A DNA stretch of 64,000 bases, taken from assembly GCA_033442325.1 (NCBI GenBank), contig JAWQFM010000008.1, positions 1,121,037-1,185,036 on the forward strand, given 5' to 3'. The DNA is from Salpingoeca rosetta (taxonomy: Eukaryota; Protista; Choanoflagellata). The notes beneath the pieces are model-generated. The model was not told where the DNA came from. It saw nothing but the letters and a program-made list of their open reading frames with translations, and ran no database searches. The position numbers and the translations under genes are program-made. This document shows, piece after piece, positions 1 through 18,084 of the stretch (within the stretch, counting starts at the first letter, position 1; the number at the start of each line of letters is the position of its first letter).

Positions 1-198
1 CGTGCAGGGAGGGAAAGAAGGCGAGGGAAGATGTTGTACTTTCAAGGGGATAACACACATACACAGAGAGAGAGAGAGGCACACACACACACACACACAG
101 GCAGACACACAGACAAACACACAGACAAACACGCGCACGCGCACAAACACAACACACACAAACACGCGCGCACACACACACACACAGACAAACACGCG

Positions 199-260
<62 letters not shown>

Positions 261-269
261 GGCACGTAC

Positions 270-5374
<5,105 letters not shown>

Positions 5375-6040
5375 CGGTGTGTCGGGATTGAAGACTGTCG
5401 CAGACAAGTCAAGAGGGAAGGTAAAGGCTGCAGGAGGCACAATAAACAAATCGCTCCAAAAAAAAAAAAAAAAGGTCGCAAAGACACTGCGATGCCGCTC
5501 AGCGTTTGTCCTGCATAAGGAGCACAAGGAAGTGGTTCATGGTGTATGTGTGTGTATGTGCGCGTGAGAGAGAGAGAGAGTTGATGTCCAAGATAACCAT
5601 GGATGGATGTGATGTGCTGGTGGTGCCATATCGCATGCATGGTGTGTCATTCTGTTTCAACTCCATGCAGTGGCCAACATTTCAGCGCGTTTGGAGTGCG
5701 TGAACTGTTAGATGGCACCCACAAACAACCCAAACACCCAAACACATAAACACACAAGGACATGCAATGGCAACCGCTCAACCGTAGACACAAAGGCACA
5801 CGCTCACGGACGCACCGGCTGCTTGGATTCCTCTGCTGCGGTGAGGACAAGGACAACAACAACAGGCCAATCGACAAATGAGCGCGCGTCGGACACCACC
5901 AACACAACAAGGACACGAAAACAAGGCAAGTATTGGCTATTCGCCAATATCTTCAAACAATAATCGACAGGCAAGCGGAACAAGAGGCAAACAAGCAAGC
6001 AAGCAAGCAAGCAACAAGGAAGCAAGCAACAAACAACGCG

Positions 6041-6823
6041 ATGGCGCACCACCTGCCTTCGTCGAACCCAAAGGCGTTCACGAAACCATACAAGCCGCTG
6101 GTGAGCGCACGCCTGTGTGCGTACTTTTGTATGTGTGCGTGTGTGTGTGCGTACGTATCAGTGAGTGAGTGAGTGATCGAGAGATGCTTGAGTTGAGCAG
6201 GTGCGTGTGCGTGTGTGCTGATGGTCACTCACACAACAGATGATCATCATGCTGGACAGTCGCAATGTCTGATGCCAACATGGAGGCCAACGTATGATAC
6301 AAGCCCGCGCACAGGTTGGAACCTCACAGGCATCATGAACCCTAGTTGATCCCAAGGCTGGAATCGCACACTCGTCTTTCCTGTTTTGCTTGTTGCTCCT
6401 ACTGAGACTCACAGCTATGGACCGTGCACGCAAACACACACACACACGTGTCGCCCTGCCTGCTTGGTTGGTTTTGTGTGTGTTCACCACACCACAGTGG
6501 TGCACAACTCGCAAGAATCACTCATCATCCGCCAGTTGAAGGTGAGTAACCACCTTTAGTTTTTTGAAGATCTGTCTTTGCAACAACGCATGCACACAAC
6601 ATCCCACGCCCACACACGCACACACGCACCCCCCGCCCAAACACACCTGATGCAATACGTGCAGAACGCGCGCATGAACGACAAACAAGGGGAAGGCGAA
6701 GGCAGCGACCGTGTGGAGTCGACACCCGAGCGGAAGGCGCGCGTAACAGACAGCTCCCCAGATGCGCGGCCATCAAGTACAGAAAAGCGGCCCAAGGTCT
6801 CGCAAAACGACACAAACTTGTGA
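6041..6823 (+). CDS. Possible small spliced hypothetical protein
   Basis: ATG at 6041 gives MAHHLPSSNPKAFTKPYKPL|gtgagc; exon ~6497-6541 (VHNSQESLIIRQLK|gtgagt); terminal exon ~6665-6823 (NARMNDKQGEGEGS...QNDTNL*). Linking exon ambiguous and no recognised homology. Confidence 0.3.
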
Positions 6824-7417
6824 ACAATGCTTTTCCACATTGTGTGCTTACTGACTCTGCACGTGGTGTGTGATGTGCGAGAATATTCGACGTTGCGTGT
6901 GTGTGTGTGTATCATTCGTTGATCGGATCAGGCACTCATAGCAGTAAAAGACGAACAAATGAAACCAGCGTGGTCAAGCAAGAGGTGGAGGCCGGGAGGG
7001 GGGGGAGGGAAGAGAACCAAACCGATGCAGAGCAAGTGGCCAAGGGGCGGGCAAGTGAACGAACAAAGCAATCAAATCACCTAGGCAGTGGAAATTGGTG
7101 GTGGTGGTGGGGCGGAATACACACGGGTACATTACCACACACACTACACACACACACACATCAGATACCAGAGCGACAGCCATGTGCCTTCGACACAGAC
7201 TCACTCACTCCTACCGCTGAAAGTGACATCACGTCGAGAAACACGACAACATCGGAGAGAGCACGACGCAGAGACAGGGACAGGGAGAGAAAAGGCAAAT
7301 ACGCGCACACATACACACACACTCTCTCGCACGCGCACACACACAAGCACAAACACACACACCCATACACAGACACACACACACATACACAGACAAACAC
7401 ACACCACGTGGCAGGAT

Positions 7418-10400
7418 TTATGCGCTGGACTCTGAGCCGACGCCGTAGACACACGCGGGGCACTTCATCAGGCCGTGCTCGTTGCACGCCGTGCACTTGA
7501 GCTTCACAAGCTCCTTTCCAAACCGAGACATCATGCTCTGCCATCCATGCCAATGCAATGTAGTCGTGGTGTGTGTTGGGTGTGAGTGCAACAGGTGTAA
7601 GTGGAAGCGGAAAGGGCACTCGCTGCTTCGCAAACGCATGTAGTTGTAGAGCACGCGCACACACACACACACACGCGCGCGCACACACAGACACACACAC
7701 GCACACACGCGCACACACAGACACACAAGCAAACGCGTGCACACAACCGTTGACGTGCTTGCTCGTGTGTGCTAACCTTCTTGTCGCCGCCACACCACGT
7801 GCACAGCACAAAGCGGCGGTCCGCACACACGTCGCAGTGGAACTCCTTCTCCTTCTTCCGGCGCTGTGGTGATGGTGGTGGTGAGATCACACGGGATGCG
7901 GATCGTTGGAGATGGGAAGGTTACTCCATGGAAGATGGAAAGCAACACACACACAGACACACACATACATACATATGCACATGCACACAGACACACACAC
8001 ACACACATGTGCACATGCACATGCACGTACCGGCACTTTGGCGAATTTTCCACGGAGCTCATCGTTCTCATTCATACGATGCAGGACTTCCAGACCCTGC
8101 GGTGAACGGCAGTGGGGTGACGTGAGGAGGTGTTGTGAGGCGAGCAGTAGTACGGCACACAGACACACATTGACACACACAGACACACACAGACACACAG
8201 ACACACAGACACACAGACACACAGACACACACACACAGACACATAGCCAACCAACAGAGTGACAAGAACAAAACAAAACCCAACTGAGCAACCAACGCAA
8301 AAACAAGACACGACCACGCACCCCCATGTGGTGTCCGTTGAGAAAGAGCTGTGGCACCGATGCACCGGGCAGCCGCTCGCGAAGTTCGCGCTGATAATCG
8401 CGACTGAGGGTGATGTCTCGCTCCTCATACTGCACAAGGAGCCCGTGAAGAATCTTCAGCAGCTGCTGGCAGTTCCAGTATGTTTCCTTGACGGTGGATA
8501 CGCTTGTTGTGTACACAACAATCTTCCCGCCGACGCGCTCGGCCTCGGCCTCCTCTTTCTGTCAAGCGTGATGCATGATGCAGGCAGGGGGTCGGCGTTG
8601 GAAGCGGAGGTGAGGGTGGCGAGGACAAAGCGGGCGGGTAACAGGGGTCACAAGTATGCAGCAACACACACACATACACATGCACAGGTGCATGCACAAA
8701 CACGAAAACACAAACAAACAAACAAACAAACAAACAAACAAACAAACAAACAAACAAAAGCACAAAAAAACAAACAAACAAACAAACAAACAAGCAAGCA
8801 AGCAAATACACACACACACACACACAAACAAACAAACAAACAAACATGCGCACCTCACGCAGCTCGTCTGCGAGCGTCTTCTCCTTGATTTCCTCCGCCT
8901 TCTTCATAAAGAACTTGCGGAAGCGCCCAACAACGCCCTTTGGCGCAACAACCGTCGACCGACGGGCACTGCTGCTGCCATCACCAACACCACCAACACC
9001 GCCGCTGCCCGAGCCAAGGTTGATCATGGAGCGGCCGCGTGGCGTCGCCGGCGCAGACGTGGAGATGGTGGCAGCGCGCTGCGTGAACCGCATGCGGAGG
9101 TCGGCAATGGACCCCCGCTTGCCGACAACCGTGCCGCGACGTGACACAATCACGTCCTTGTTCTCGTTGCGCGGGTCACCCGCGTTGTCGGGCTTGCTGT
9201 CTGCCGCCGACGATGGTGATGACGACGCCGCCACCATCCCTGGTCGCGCCATGAGGTTGGCGCTGGACGCAGCGGGCGTCGCAGGACACGACTGCGCCAT
9301 GGCCCTGCGCGTGGTCGTTGTTGCTGCTCCTGCGGTGCTGGCACCAGGCTGCTGATCGTCTGTGGAAGCGGCGTTGTCCTGGTCGCTCTTGGGCGGTGTC
9401 ATGCCCACGTGGAACGTGAACGACGACGACTCGCCAGCACGCCCGCTGCCGACGGAGGCGCCACTGCCCTTGGTTGGCGACTGAAGTGTACTTGGTGGAG
9501 AGCGAGGGGAGTGCATAGCGTGCGAAGATGCAGAGGGCGTGGTTGGCCCTGATCGTCCCGCCACAAACGTGAGCGGCATCTCCGCTGTCTCAACTGCCGA
9601 CGCCTTGCGTACGCCAGGCACGTCGTTGGTGTCATTGTTGTCCTGCGCATCACGATCGCGCCCAGATGTGGCTGGCGTTTGTGGTGCTGTGCTGCTTGGT
9701 GCTGCCGTTGCACCTTGCTGTGGAGTCGTTGTTGGCGCTGCGGTTGCTGCCTGTGTCGTTGCAGATGTGACAGCAGTTGCAGATTGGTTTGCAGAGCTGT
9801 CGCTGTTGCTCGTGGTCGTGGGTGGCCCTTGCGCTGGTGCTTGGGCCTGGGCGACCACAGGAGCCGTCATGGCTGTGTCGGGAACGTGTGGTGCTGCGGA
9901 GGACTTGGGAGCAGTGCTCGTGAGTCTGGATGCTTGGTCACCACCTTCGTGATCGTTCTGTCCCCGCTGCACGGCCTCCACCTGATCTTGCTGTTGCTCT
10001 TGCCGCTGCTGTTGTTGCTGGTGGGCCTCTGTGGGTTGCCGCTGCGGCGGTTGTGGTGCCTGTGGCTGCTGTGTTGGTTGTTGTTGCTGCTGCTGTTGGT
10101 GGTGGGGCGGTTGTTGTTGTGTTGGTGGTGTCGATGATGAGGGCACAGAGGACTGTGCTTGATTCTGATCCGTCGCTATTGCGGGAGCTGTGGTGGGTGG
10201 AGGGGAAGATACGGTGGATTGCTGGTGGGGTTCACGTGTTGTAGTACCTTCCTGCTGGCCTGCTTGTGACGCTGAGGATGCAGGTGCTTGATGTGTGTCC
10301 AGCACGGCAGATTCCAACGTCGCCTGCACGGTGGTCAATGTCGCCTCGTTCTCATTGTAGTATGCCTTTTTCCCTGAGTCCTCTGACTGCTGTTGCTGTT

Positions 10401-10605
10401 GTTGTTGTTGCTGCTGTTGCTGTTGTTGTTGTTGTTGTTGCAGGAGTGCTTGTTGTTGTCGTTCTTGTTGTGATTCCCCTTCTTCCCTGTTGACATGTGC
10501 CGCTTGCGCTTGCGCCCTCCGCTCACCTTCCGCTGTCGCATCCATCCTTGTGTGTCGCTGGTCGTCTTGTGCTCTGAATCCGCTCCAACACAGCACGATG
10601 GCCAT
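7418..10605 (-). CDS. GRXCR1: Glutaredoxin-domain, cysteine-rich protein (GRXCR1/2-like) with a long Q/T/S-rich N-terminus; start ATG at 10605 or 10545
   Basis: Spliced product KIVVYTTSVSTVKETYWNC...YEERDITLSRDYQRELRERL...VPQLFLNGHHMGG...MNENDEL, then CDVCADRRFVLCTWCGGDKKS and LKCTACNEHGLMKCPAC: the Grx-like + 4xCxxC architecture of the GRXCR family. Five exons with GT-AG junctions. Confidence 0.88.
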
Positions 10606-10817
10606 TTAATGGAAGTTGTTCGCAAATTATCTACAGAGCGCAGCGTGAAGGATGTTGTTGTTGTTGTGACACATGACTTGTTGCTTCTCCCACACACCAC
10701 CGTGCCTGACTCAGCGTTCTCACATCAATCAACAACGTTCACGTGACCTGTTTACAGTAGCTTTCACTCCACTTTCATGTCCCTGCTACCAGTCACGATG
10801 TACAGTGCACCGTCATG

Positions 10818-12421
10818 CTAGCGGCGGCGGACGGTGCGATATGCAGAGGCGAGGCGACGCCATGATGAGAGAATGGCCAGCCCTGTTGGAACAAACAGCG
10901 GCACATACACCGCATACTTCTGGTCCTCGGGAAACAAAGAGGACGCCAGCAGCCCAGGGTCGTACGCAGATGCCTCTGCAATGCGACAGCATGTGGCACG
11001 TGGTGTGTAGTGTGTCAGCGTGTGTGGTGTGGTGTGTGATGTGGTGAAAGGGGCGAAGTGAGACAAGAAGTGAGGTGGGTAGGTGTTCGTTCACAAGCGA
11101 GGGAAGAAAAGAAGAGGAGCACACGCAAACATGAACAGGCACACACACACACACACATACACACACACACACGCACACACACGCACACACACAAATGCGC
11201 ACACACACAAATGCGCACATGGTCACCTGCGTGGTGGTGCGCCTGGCGGGCGTGTGCGAGAGCAGCAGCCCAGTCTCCGCTTTCCGCTGCCAGTTGGGTG
11301 GCGTGTAGTTCATCGCACGCCTGCTGCGCCACGGCAGCAAGCCGCTTGTCCACAACGAGTGTGGGCAGGCTGTCCAACAGGGCAGAGAAGCTCAGCAGCA
11401 AATCGCGCGCTGCGGTCACCAGCCGCTCCAGCAGCACGCCGCGCGCCGCACCCATCTCGCGCGGCAGCAGGGCTGCCTTGTCATCAACATGAACACGCGG
11501 GCACACGCCCATGATGTTCCTCAAGAAATGTACAAAGTGCGGCAGAGCGTGCTGTGCAGACAGCGTTGATCTCCGCGACCGTTTTCCAGCGCTGTCGTTG
11601 CTGCTGCTGGGCATTGCATCGGCGGTTTCCTTATCACTGGCGCTGTGGTCTTCGCAAGGCGTCTGTGGTAGCAGCACAACGCCGCCCCAGCCAGGCTGCC
11701 AGTATGACCTGGACGTGTGTTGTTGGTGCTGCTGTTCCTGCGGGGCGCCTTGCCGCTGCTTGGATCCCGGGCAAGCTGGTACGTACACTGCCAAGTTGAC
11801 GGTGCACGTTGTCTGCACACTGCCCACGGTTTGAAACACGTGCGCCAGGACCTCCCGTCGTACATGGCTGCTGTGCTGCTGCTGTCGTTGGGAGAGTACT
11901 GGCAGGGCTTGCGCGGCTTGTGTGTGAAATTCAACGGCCGCAGCATCCCCCAGGATGGCGCGCAGTGACGGATCGGCGTCCCGCAGCCGTGCACGCAAGT
12001 GCGTCGTGTTGTCCCAGGCCACGAACGTTGCCTGCGGGCGCGCGTTCAAGATAGTCACGAGCAGTCGCGGTTGGACACAAAGTGGCAGCGTCTGCGTGTA
12101 CTTGCTCGAGCAGGAGGACAACTGTTTCGGGTCAGCATCAGCAGCATCGGTCGTGTCAGAGTTCGTGTTGGTGTCGGTGTTGGTGTTGGTGGTGGTTGCG
12201 TTGGTGTGGTGAGCGAGGGCCTTCAGGATTGCGTCGACGGTCTGTTCAATGTGGACGCCTGTGCCGACACTTCTACTGGAGATGTCAGGCGGCAGTGGTT
12301 GTCGCTCTGGCGTTGTGCTGTGGATCCAAACGGGGACACAAACACACAAGCACAAGCTCGACACACAAGCCACTGCCGCCACAGCAGCAGCTGTTGGCTT
12401 CTTGTTGGCAGCCGTCATCAT
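10818..12421 (-). CDS. PIGS: GPI transamidase component PIG-S
   Basis: Exon 12421-11227: N-terminal TM followed by VPVWIHSTTPERQPLP, and PGWGGVV. Exon 10975-10818: EASAYDPGLLASSLFPEDQKYAVYVPLFVP, matching PIG-S AFFDPSLL..LYFPDDQKFAIYIPLFLP. Confidence 0.85.
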
Positions 12422-12608
12422 CGTTGGTCGGTGATGAAAATTGACGAAAGTCTTAAACAAATTATCCTCACAATTTTCGTCTGCCAACGCACAGTTTGAA
12501 CGGTTGCAGGATCGAGTGGGAAGTTGTCGCAGAACAGAGATAGAGGAGACAGCGGAACAGAGCAGAGCAAAAAACAACAAGGGAAGGAGAGCAAGCGGAC
12601 GGACGAGC
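12422..12608. promoter_or_regulatory. Putative bidirectional promoter between PIG-S and IFT122
   Basis: Divergent ATGs only 187 bp apart; AT-richer and free of microsatellites. Confidence 0.6.
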
Positions 12609-12788
12609 ATGCGTTCCATGCCCGTGTGGGTGGACACGGTCCACAACCAACAAGGCGAACGCCAGAGGTTCGTGAAACAGTCAGTGGGGTGACAGTGAGT
12701 GTGTTTGTGTGTGTGCATATGTTTGTGTGTGTGCATGTTTGTGTGTGCATGTTTGTGTGTGGGTGTGTGTATGCATGTGGATACACTT

Positions 12789-12843
<55 letters not shown>

Positions 12844-15186
12844 ACACGCGCCCACACGCATCGTTGTTGTTGCTGCTCACGCACGGTTCAACAACAAACA
12901 CACACACACACACCCGTTTTGTTTTGTTTAGCATCTACTCTCTGGCATTTCGGCCAGATGGCACGCAGCTCATCGCCGGTGCCGGTGCTCGCGTTCTGGT
13001 AAGACAACCAGGCATGAACGAGGAGGAGGAGGGAGGGCACGGGTGGAAACAACGAGTTGTGTCAGGGCACTATCGTTTCGTGTGTTTGTGTTTTGATAAT
13101 TGCACGAACGTTGTTCATGCGCGTTGTCAATGCGCGTTCGTCAGGAGCTCCAACTCACCACGGTTGAATGAACCTCGTTTGTGCTCGAATGCTGTGCTCC
13201 ATACCGTGCGCTAGGTGTACGAGGTTGCCGACGGCCAAGTGATTGCCTCCCTCAAGGGCCACAAGGATGTGGTGTACTGTGTTGCCTTCTCCAACGATGG
13301 CACGTTGTTTGCCAGTGGCGCCGCTGACAAGACGGTCATTGTGTGGGACGGCCGCACCCTCTCTGGCCAGCTCAAATACAGGTACGCTGACGCAGCCCCA
13401 GATTCTGTGATTGTGTGTGTGTGTGTGTGTGGTTGTATAGTTGTGTGTGTGTGTGTGGTTTTCCTGTGCAATTGTGGAGGTGCCATGGTTGGTTCTTGAA
13501 TGGCGTCTGTGTGTGTGGACCGTATGGTCGAATTGAGTCCCGATTGTTGTGTTGGGTGATGCTGCCCGGCTTCCGTCTTATTTTCACACATGCATGACCC
13601 ACTGCGAATCATGCTGTTGCTCCTCTTTCCGCAGCCACAACGACACCATTCAAGCGCTGGCCTTCAACCCGCTCAACAACATTCTCGCCAGCTGCTCCTC
13701 CTCCGACTTTGGTGCGCACGTGTGTGTGTATGTGTGTGAGTGTGTGAGTGTATGTGTGTGTGTGTGGTCATTGTGCGCCAGACACGGTTTGCGCGTAAAT
13801 GCGTGCCGTGCACGACATTGTTCTCACTCGCAGCATGTGCACGCCCTCTCGTGCGCCGCGCTGCCTCCATATCCAGGGTTCTGGTCCAAGGACATCACCA
13901 CTGTTGAGAAGACGCGTGTATCTTCCCGCATCTGCGCAGCCAGGTATGATGCACTTTCCCGTGGTGTACGGGGCCGTGTGTGTACTTGTGTGTGTGTGTG
14001 TGTGTGTGTGCGTGCGTGTGTGTGTGTGTGCGTGTGCGTGTGTGCGTGTGTGTGCTTTGCATGCGCGTTTGCAATGGGTTTCTTCCAATCTGGTCAGTGT
14101 GACCTTGCGCTGACTGAGACAACAATGGCTCCTCCCTTTCCCGCCTCTGTTGATGCTGCAGCTGGACCAACGACGGCCAGTACATTGCCCTCGGCCACTT
14201 CAACGGCAACGTCAGCATCCGCAACCAGGTCCGATCGCCGTGGTCGTAGCGCCACATCACAGCACCATGAGTTGGCTATGTCCGACATGACAATGCCTCC
14301 CATTCATCGTAACACTCTGCATGCTTGAGCCATTTACCCTCACACACACAATCCCCCCCCCCCACACACACAATCACACAATCCCCCACACAAATACACA
14401 CATACACACAATCGCACAATGACACAATTCCTTCTGCACGCTGTGCACCGGCAGCGCGGGGAGGAGAAGGTGCTGATTGACCGCCAGGGCCGCGGTCCCG
14501 TCTGGTCCCTCCAGTACGTTGTGATGATGGTGGTGGTGGTGGTATTGCCTGCTGGTCGTGTGTTTGGTTTGCACAATGATCTGGCTGCTCTTGGCACCGT
14601 TGATTATGGCCATATTCTGCGCGTGTGCGTACAGGTGGAACCCGAGCAAGAACGAGAAGACGGACACGCTCGCTGTCTGCGATTGCAACCAGCGCCTCAG
14701 CTTCTATCTCCTCAGCGGCCGCCAGGTTTGTACTGGTCGTCGTCGCAGTTGTGACCGTGCTGGTGAAGAAGTTGTGGAACGTGGTTGACGTTTTTGTGTG
14801 TATCAGTCAATGAATTCTCACACTCATGCTCATTCTCACTCACAACGACACAAACGCGGGTGCGCGCACGCACACACACACACACATACACACATACACA
14901 CACACACACACTTCCCCACTACTCACACACACACACACACAACCAGATTGGGAAGGAGCGTGTGCTGGACTACGACCCGTGCTCGCTGTCGTACTTCTCT
15001 GACGGCAACTACCTGGTGATGGGCGGGTCGAACCGCAAGGCCGGGCTGTACACGCGCGACGGCATCCACCTCGGCGACATCTGCGAGCAGGAGGGCTGGG
15101 TCTGGTCTTGCGCTGCACGGTAATGTCATCAATGTGAAACCACAACAACAGCTAGCAACAATCGCAACAACACAGCAGCAGCAGCG

Positions 15187-15233
<47 letters not shown>

Positions 15234-17115
15234 CATGTCACGTTCGGTTGCTGTATGCGTGCGCAAGTGATGTCTACGTTTGATGTTGTGCATCAAATTT
15301 CTCTTATTGCCACGCGTTGGCTTTTCATCACTTTCCGCTCATCCCATTCACCACACACACACACACAAACTCACAAACATACACAAACACACACACAAAC
15401 TCACACACACACACATTACTGAACGAAAGGCCTGGCCAGAACTACGTGGCGGTTGGCTGCCAGGACGGGACGATTGCGCTGCACCACCTCGTCTTCTCCA
15501 CCGTGCACGGCTTGTACCGGGAGCGGTACGCGTTTCGCCGCAACATGACCAACGTCGTGGTGCAGGACCTCTCCGCCGGCACAGAGTCGCGCGTGCCGTG
15601 TCGGGAGCTCGTCAAGAAAATTGCCATCTTCAAGGTACCGCCGTCGGATGGTGGTGGTTGCCCAGATGATGGTGGTGGTATCAGTGGTAGCGTTGATGAT
15701 GTAACACTTTCATCGTCGGTGTCCAGCGTCCCACCACCACCCATACCAGCGCGGTGGCGTGTTGCCTCGCCCAACTCACCCATGCACACACACACATACA
15801 CATACACATACGCACACATATACACACACATACGCACACACATACACACCCACCACCAACAGAACCGGCTTGCGGTGCAGCTGCCGAAGCAGATCAACGT
15901 GTATGAGATGGAGGCGATGGACAGCGGCAAACTCAAGTTCCGCCTCATGGTGCGCCCGATCGTGCGGTGTGCAGCGGGATATATTGTGGTGTTTGTGTGT
16001 TTTCAGAAGCTGGCGATGATGAGCGCTGCTGGCGATGTGCTGGAAGCAGTCCGTGTGCGCACATTTTGGTTCCCCTCTCACCCAAGTGCACGTGCACACG
16101 CACGCGCACGCGTGCGCACGCACACATGTTCGCGCCCGATTCAGTGCAAGCTGCGGCGCAACTTTGAGTGCAACCTGTTGGTTGTGTGCTCGAAGCACAT
16201 CATCCTGTGCCAGGAGCGCCGCCTGCAGAGCTGGACCTTTGACAACCAGAAGGAGAGGTGCGACTGGTGTGATTGATGTGATTGGTGTGAATGGTGTGAT
16301 TGGTGATTGATGTGAATGGTATGAATGTTGTGAATGTTGTGGTTGGTGCGCGCCCCATGTTGTCGCATGCACGCGTGTTTTGTACATGTTTTGTGTGCAT
16401 GCCTTTGGAGCGTTGCATGCACATGCACGCGAACACACATCCCGTCAACTCACATGTAACACGTGCCTCAATCAACACCATCCCCACCACAATCATTCAC
16501 ACATGTGTGTGTGTGTGTGTGTGCAGGGAGTGGAGCACGGATTCGATGATCCGCTACATCAAAGTCATTGGCGGCCCCGACGGCCGCGAGGGACTGCTCG
16601 GTGAGCTGACCGCAGTAGAGTGGCGAGCAGCGGTGGTGGTCGTGGTGGTGGTCGCCGTGAACAGGAGGGGGGGGATGGTGCCTTGCGGTTTAACGGTATG
16701 TGACGTTTCAGCATGGCACCATTAACTGATGTGCGCATTTACTTAATTCCTTGTGTTGCGTGGTCTTGTGCTCACGTCACCTACGCTCATCTGTCCGTCT
16801 GTCTTCTGTCCATCCATCTTTCCCTTGATATCCGACGCGGTCCGCAGTTGGTCAGAAGAACGGAACGATTCTGCAGATCTTTGTTGACAACCCGTTCCCG
16901 ATTGAGCTGATCAAGCAGGCCACCCCTGTCCGCTGCCTCGACCTCAGCTCCCAGTACGTGCACACGTGACTGTCTTCGTGGTGGTGGTGGTGGTGGTGAT
17001 GATGATGAGGGGTGGCGGTAGTGGTGGGGTGGCTGTGGTGATGGCAACGGTGATGATGGTGATTGGCATGGCTGGCTTATCAACACACACACGCACACAC
17101 ACACACACACACACA

Positions 17116-17163
<48 letters not shown>

Positions 17164-17316
17164 CGCACAAACGCATTTGCGTGGTGCAGGCGCACGAAGC
17201 TTGCGGTGGTGAACGACCACGGGACGTGCCTCGTGTACGACTTGGCAACCAAGGACCTGCTGTACCAGGAGCCGCACGCCAACTCTGTCGCCTGGAACAC
17301 CCAGAACGAGGTGCCC

Positions 17317-17384
<68 letters not shown>

Positions 17385-18003
17385 TGTGTGCATGTGTGTG
17401 CGTACGTGCGTGTTTGTGTGCATGTTTTGTGCAGATTTATTTTTTCCCGTGCAGGGACCTACCACCGTTCACTGCTCCCCATCACGGTCCACTCCCACCA
17501 CTGTCACCAATCACCAGGACATGCTGTGCTACAGCGGCAACGGCATGCTGCACATCAAAGCGGCCAACTTCCCGCTCCACGTGCAGAAGCTGCAGGGGTT
17601 TGTCGTCGGCTTCTCCGGCTCCCGCATCTACTGCCTCCACGTCCATTCCATGAAGCCCGTTGACGTACGCTGCCGGTGCTTGCGCTCATGTGACTTCAGT
17701 GCCTCTGATCCCCCTCCCCTCGGTCCCTGTTCCTCTCCTCTTTCTCTTTCTGCGGCAAAGGACGCTGGCACTGAGTGGGCTCGACTGTACCCAATGCACT
17801 TGTTGCTTGCCATCCCACACTGTTGCCACACAACCTGTCCTCACGCACGCAAACACACATGTGCTGGGCGATTGCAATTGCCATCAGGTTCCGCAATCGC
17901 ACTCGATGCACCAGTACCTGAAGAAGGGCGAGTATGACGGTGCATACCGCGTGGCCTTGACTCGCTCGGTGCGTTGTTGCTCGTGACGGCGGCACATGGT
18001 GAT

Positions 18004-18084
<81 letters not shown>

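Noticed and set aside
6314-6423. Candidate exon with an in-frame TGA (possible selenoprotein)
   Set aside because: No redox motif or recognisable SECIS; alternative acceptors or a downstream ATG avoid the stop.
12422-12934. N-terminal extension of the PIG-S ORF overlapping IFT122 exon 1
   Set aside because: Runs through microsatellite and the IFT122 first exon/intron; PIG-S homology starts near ATG 12421.
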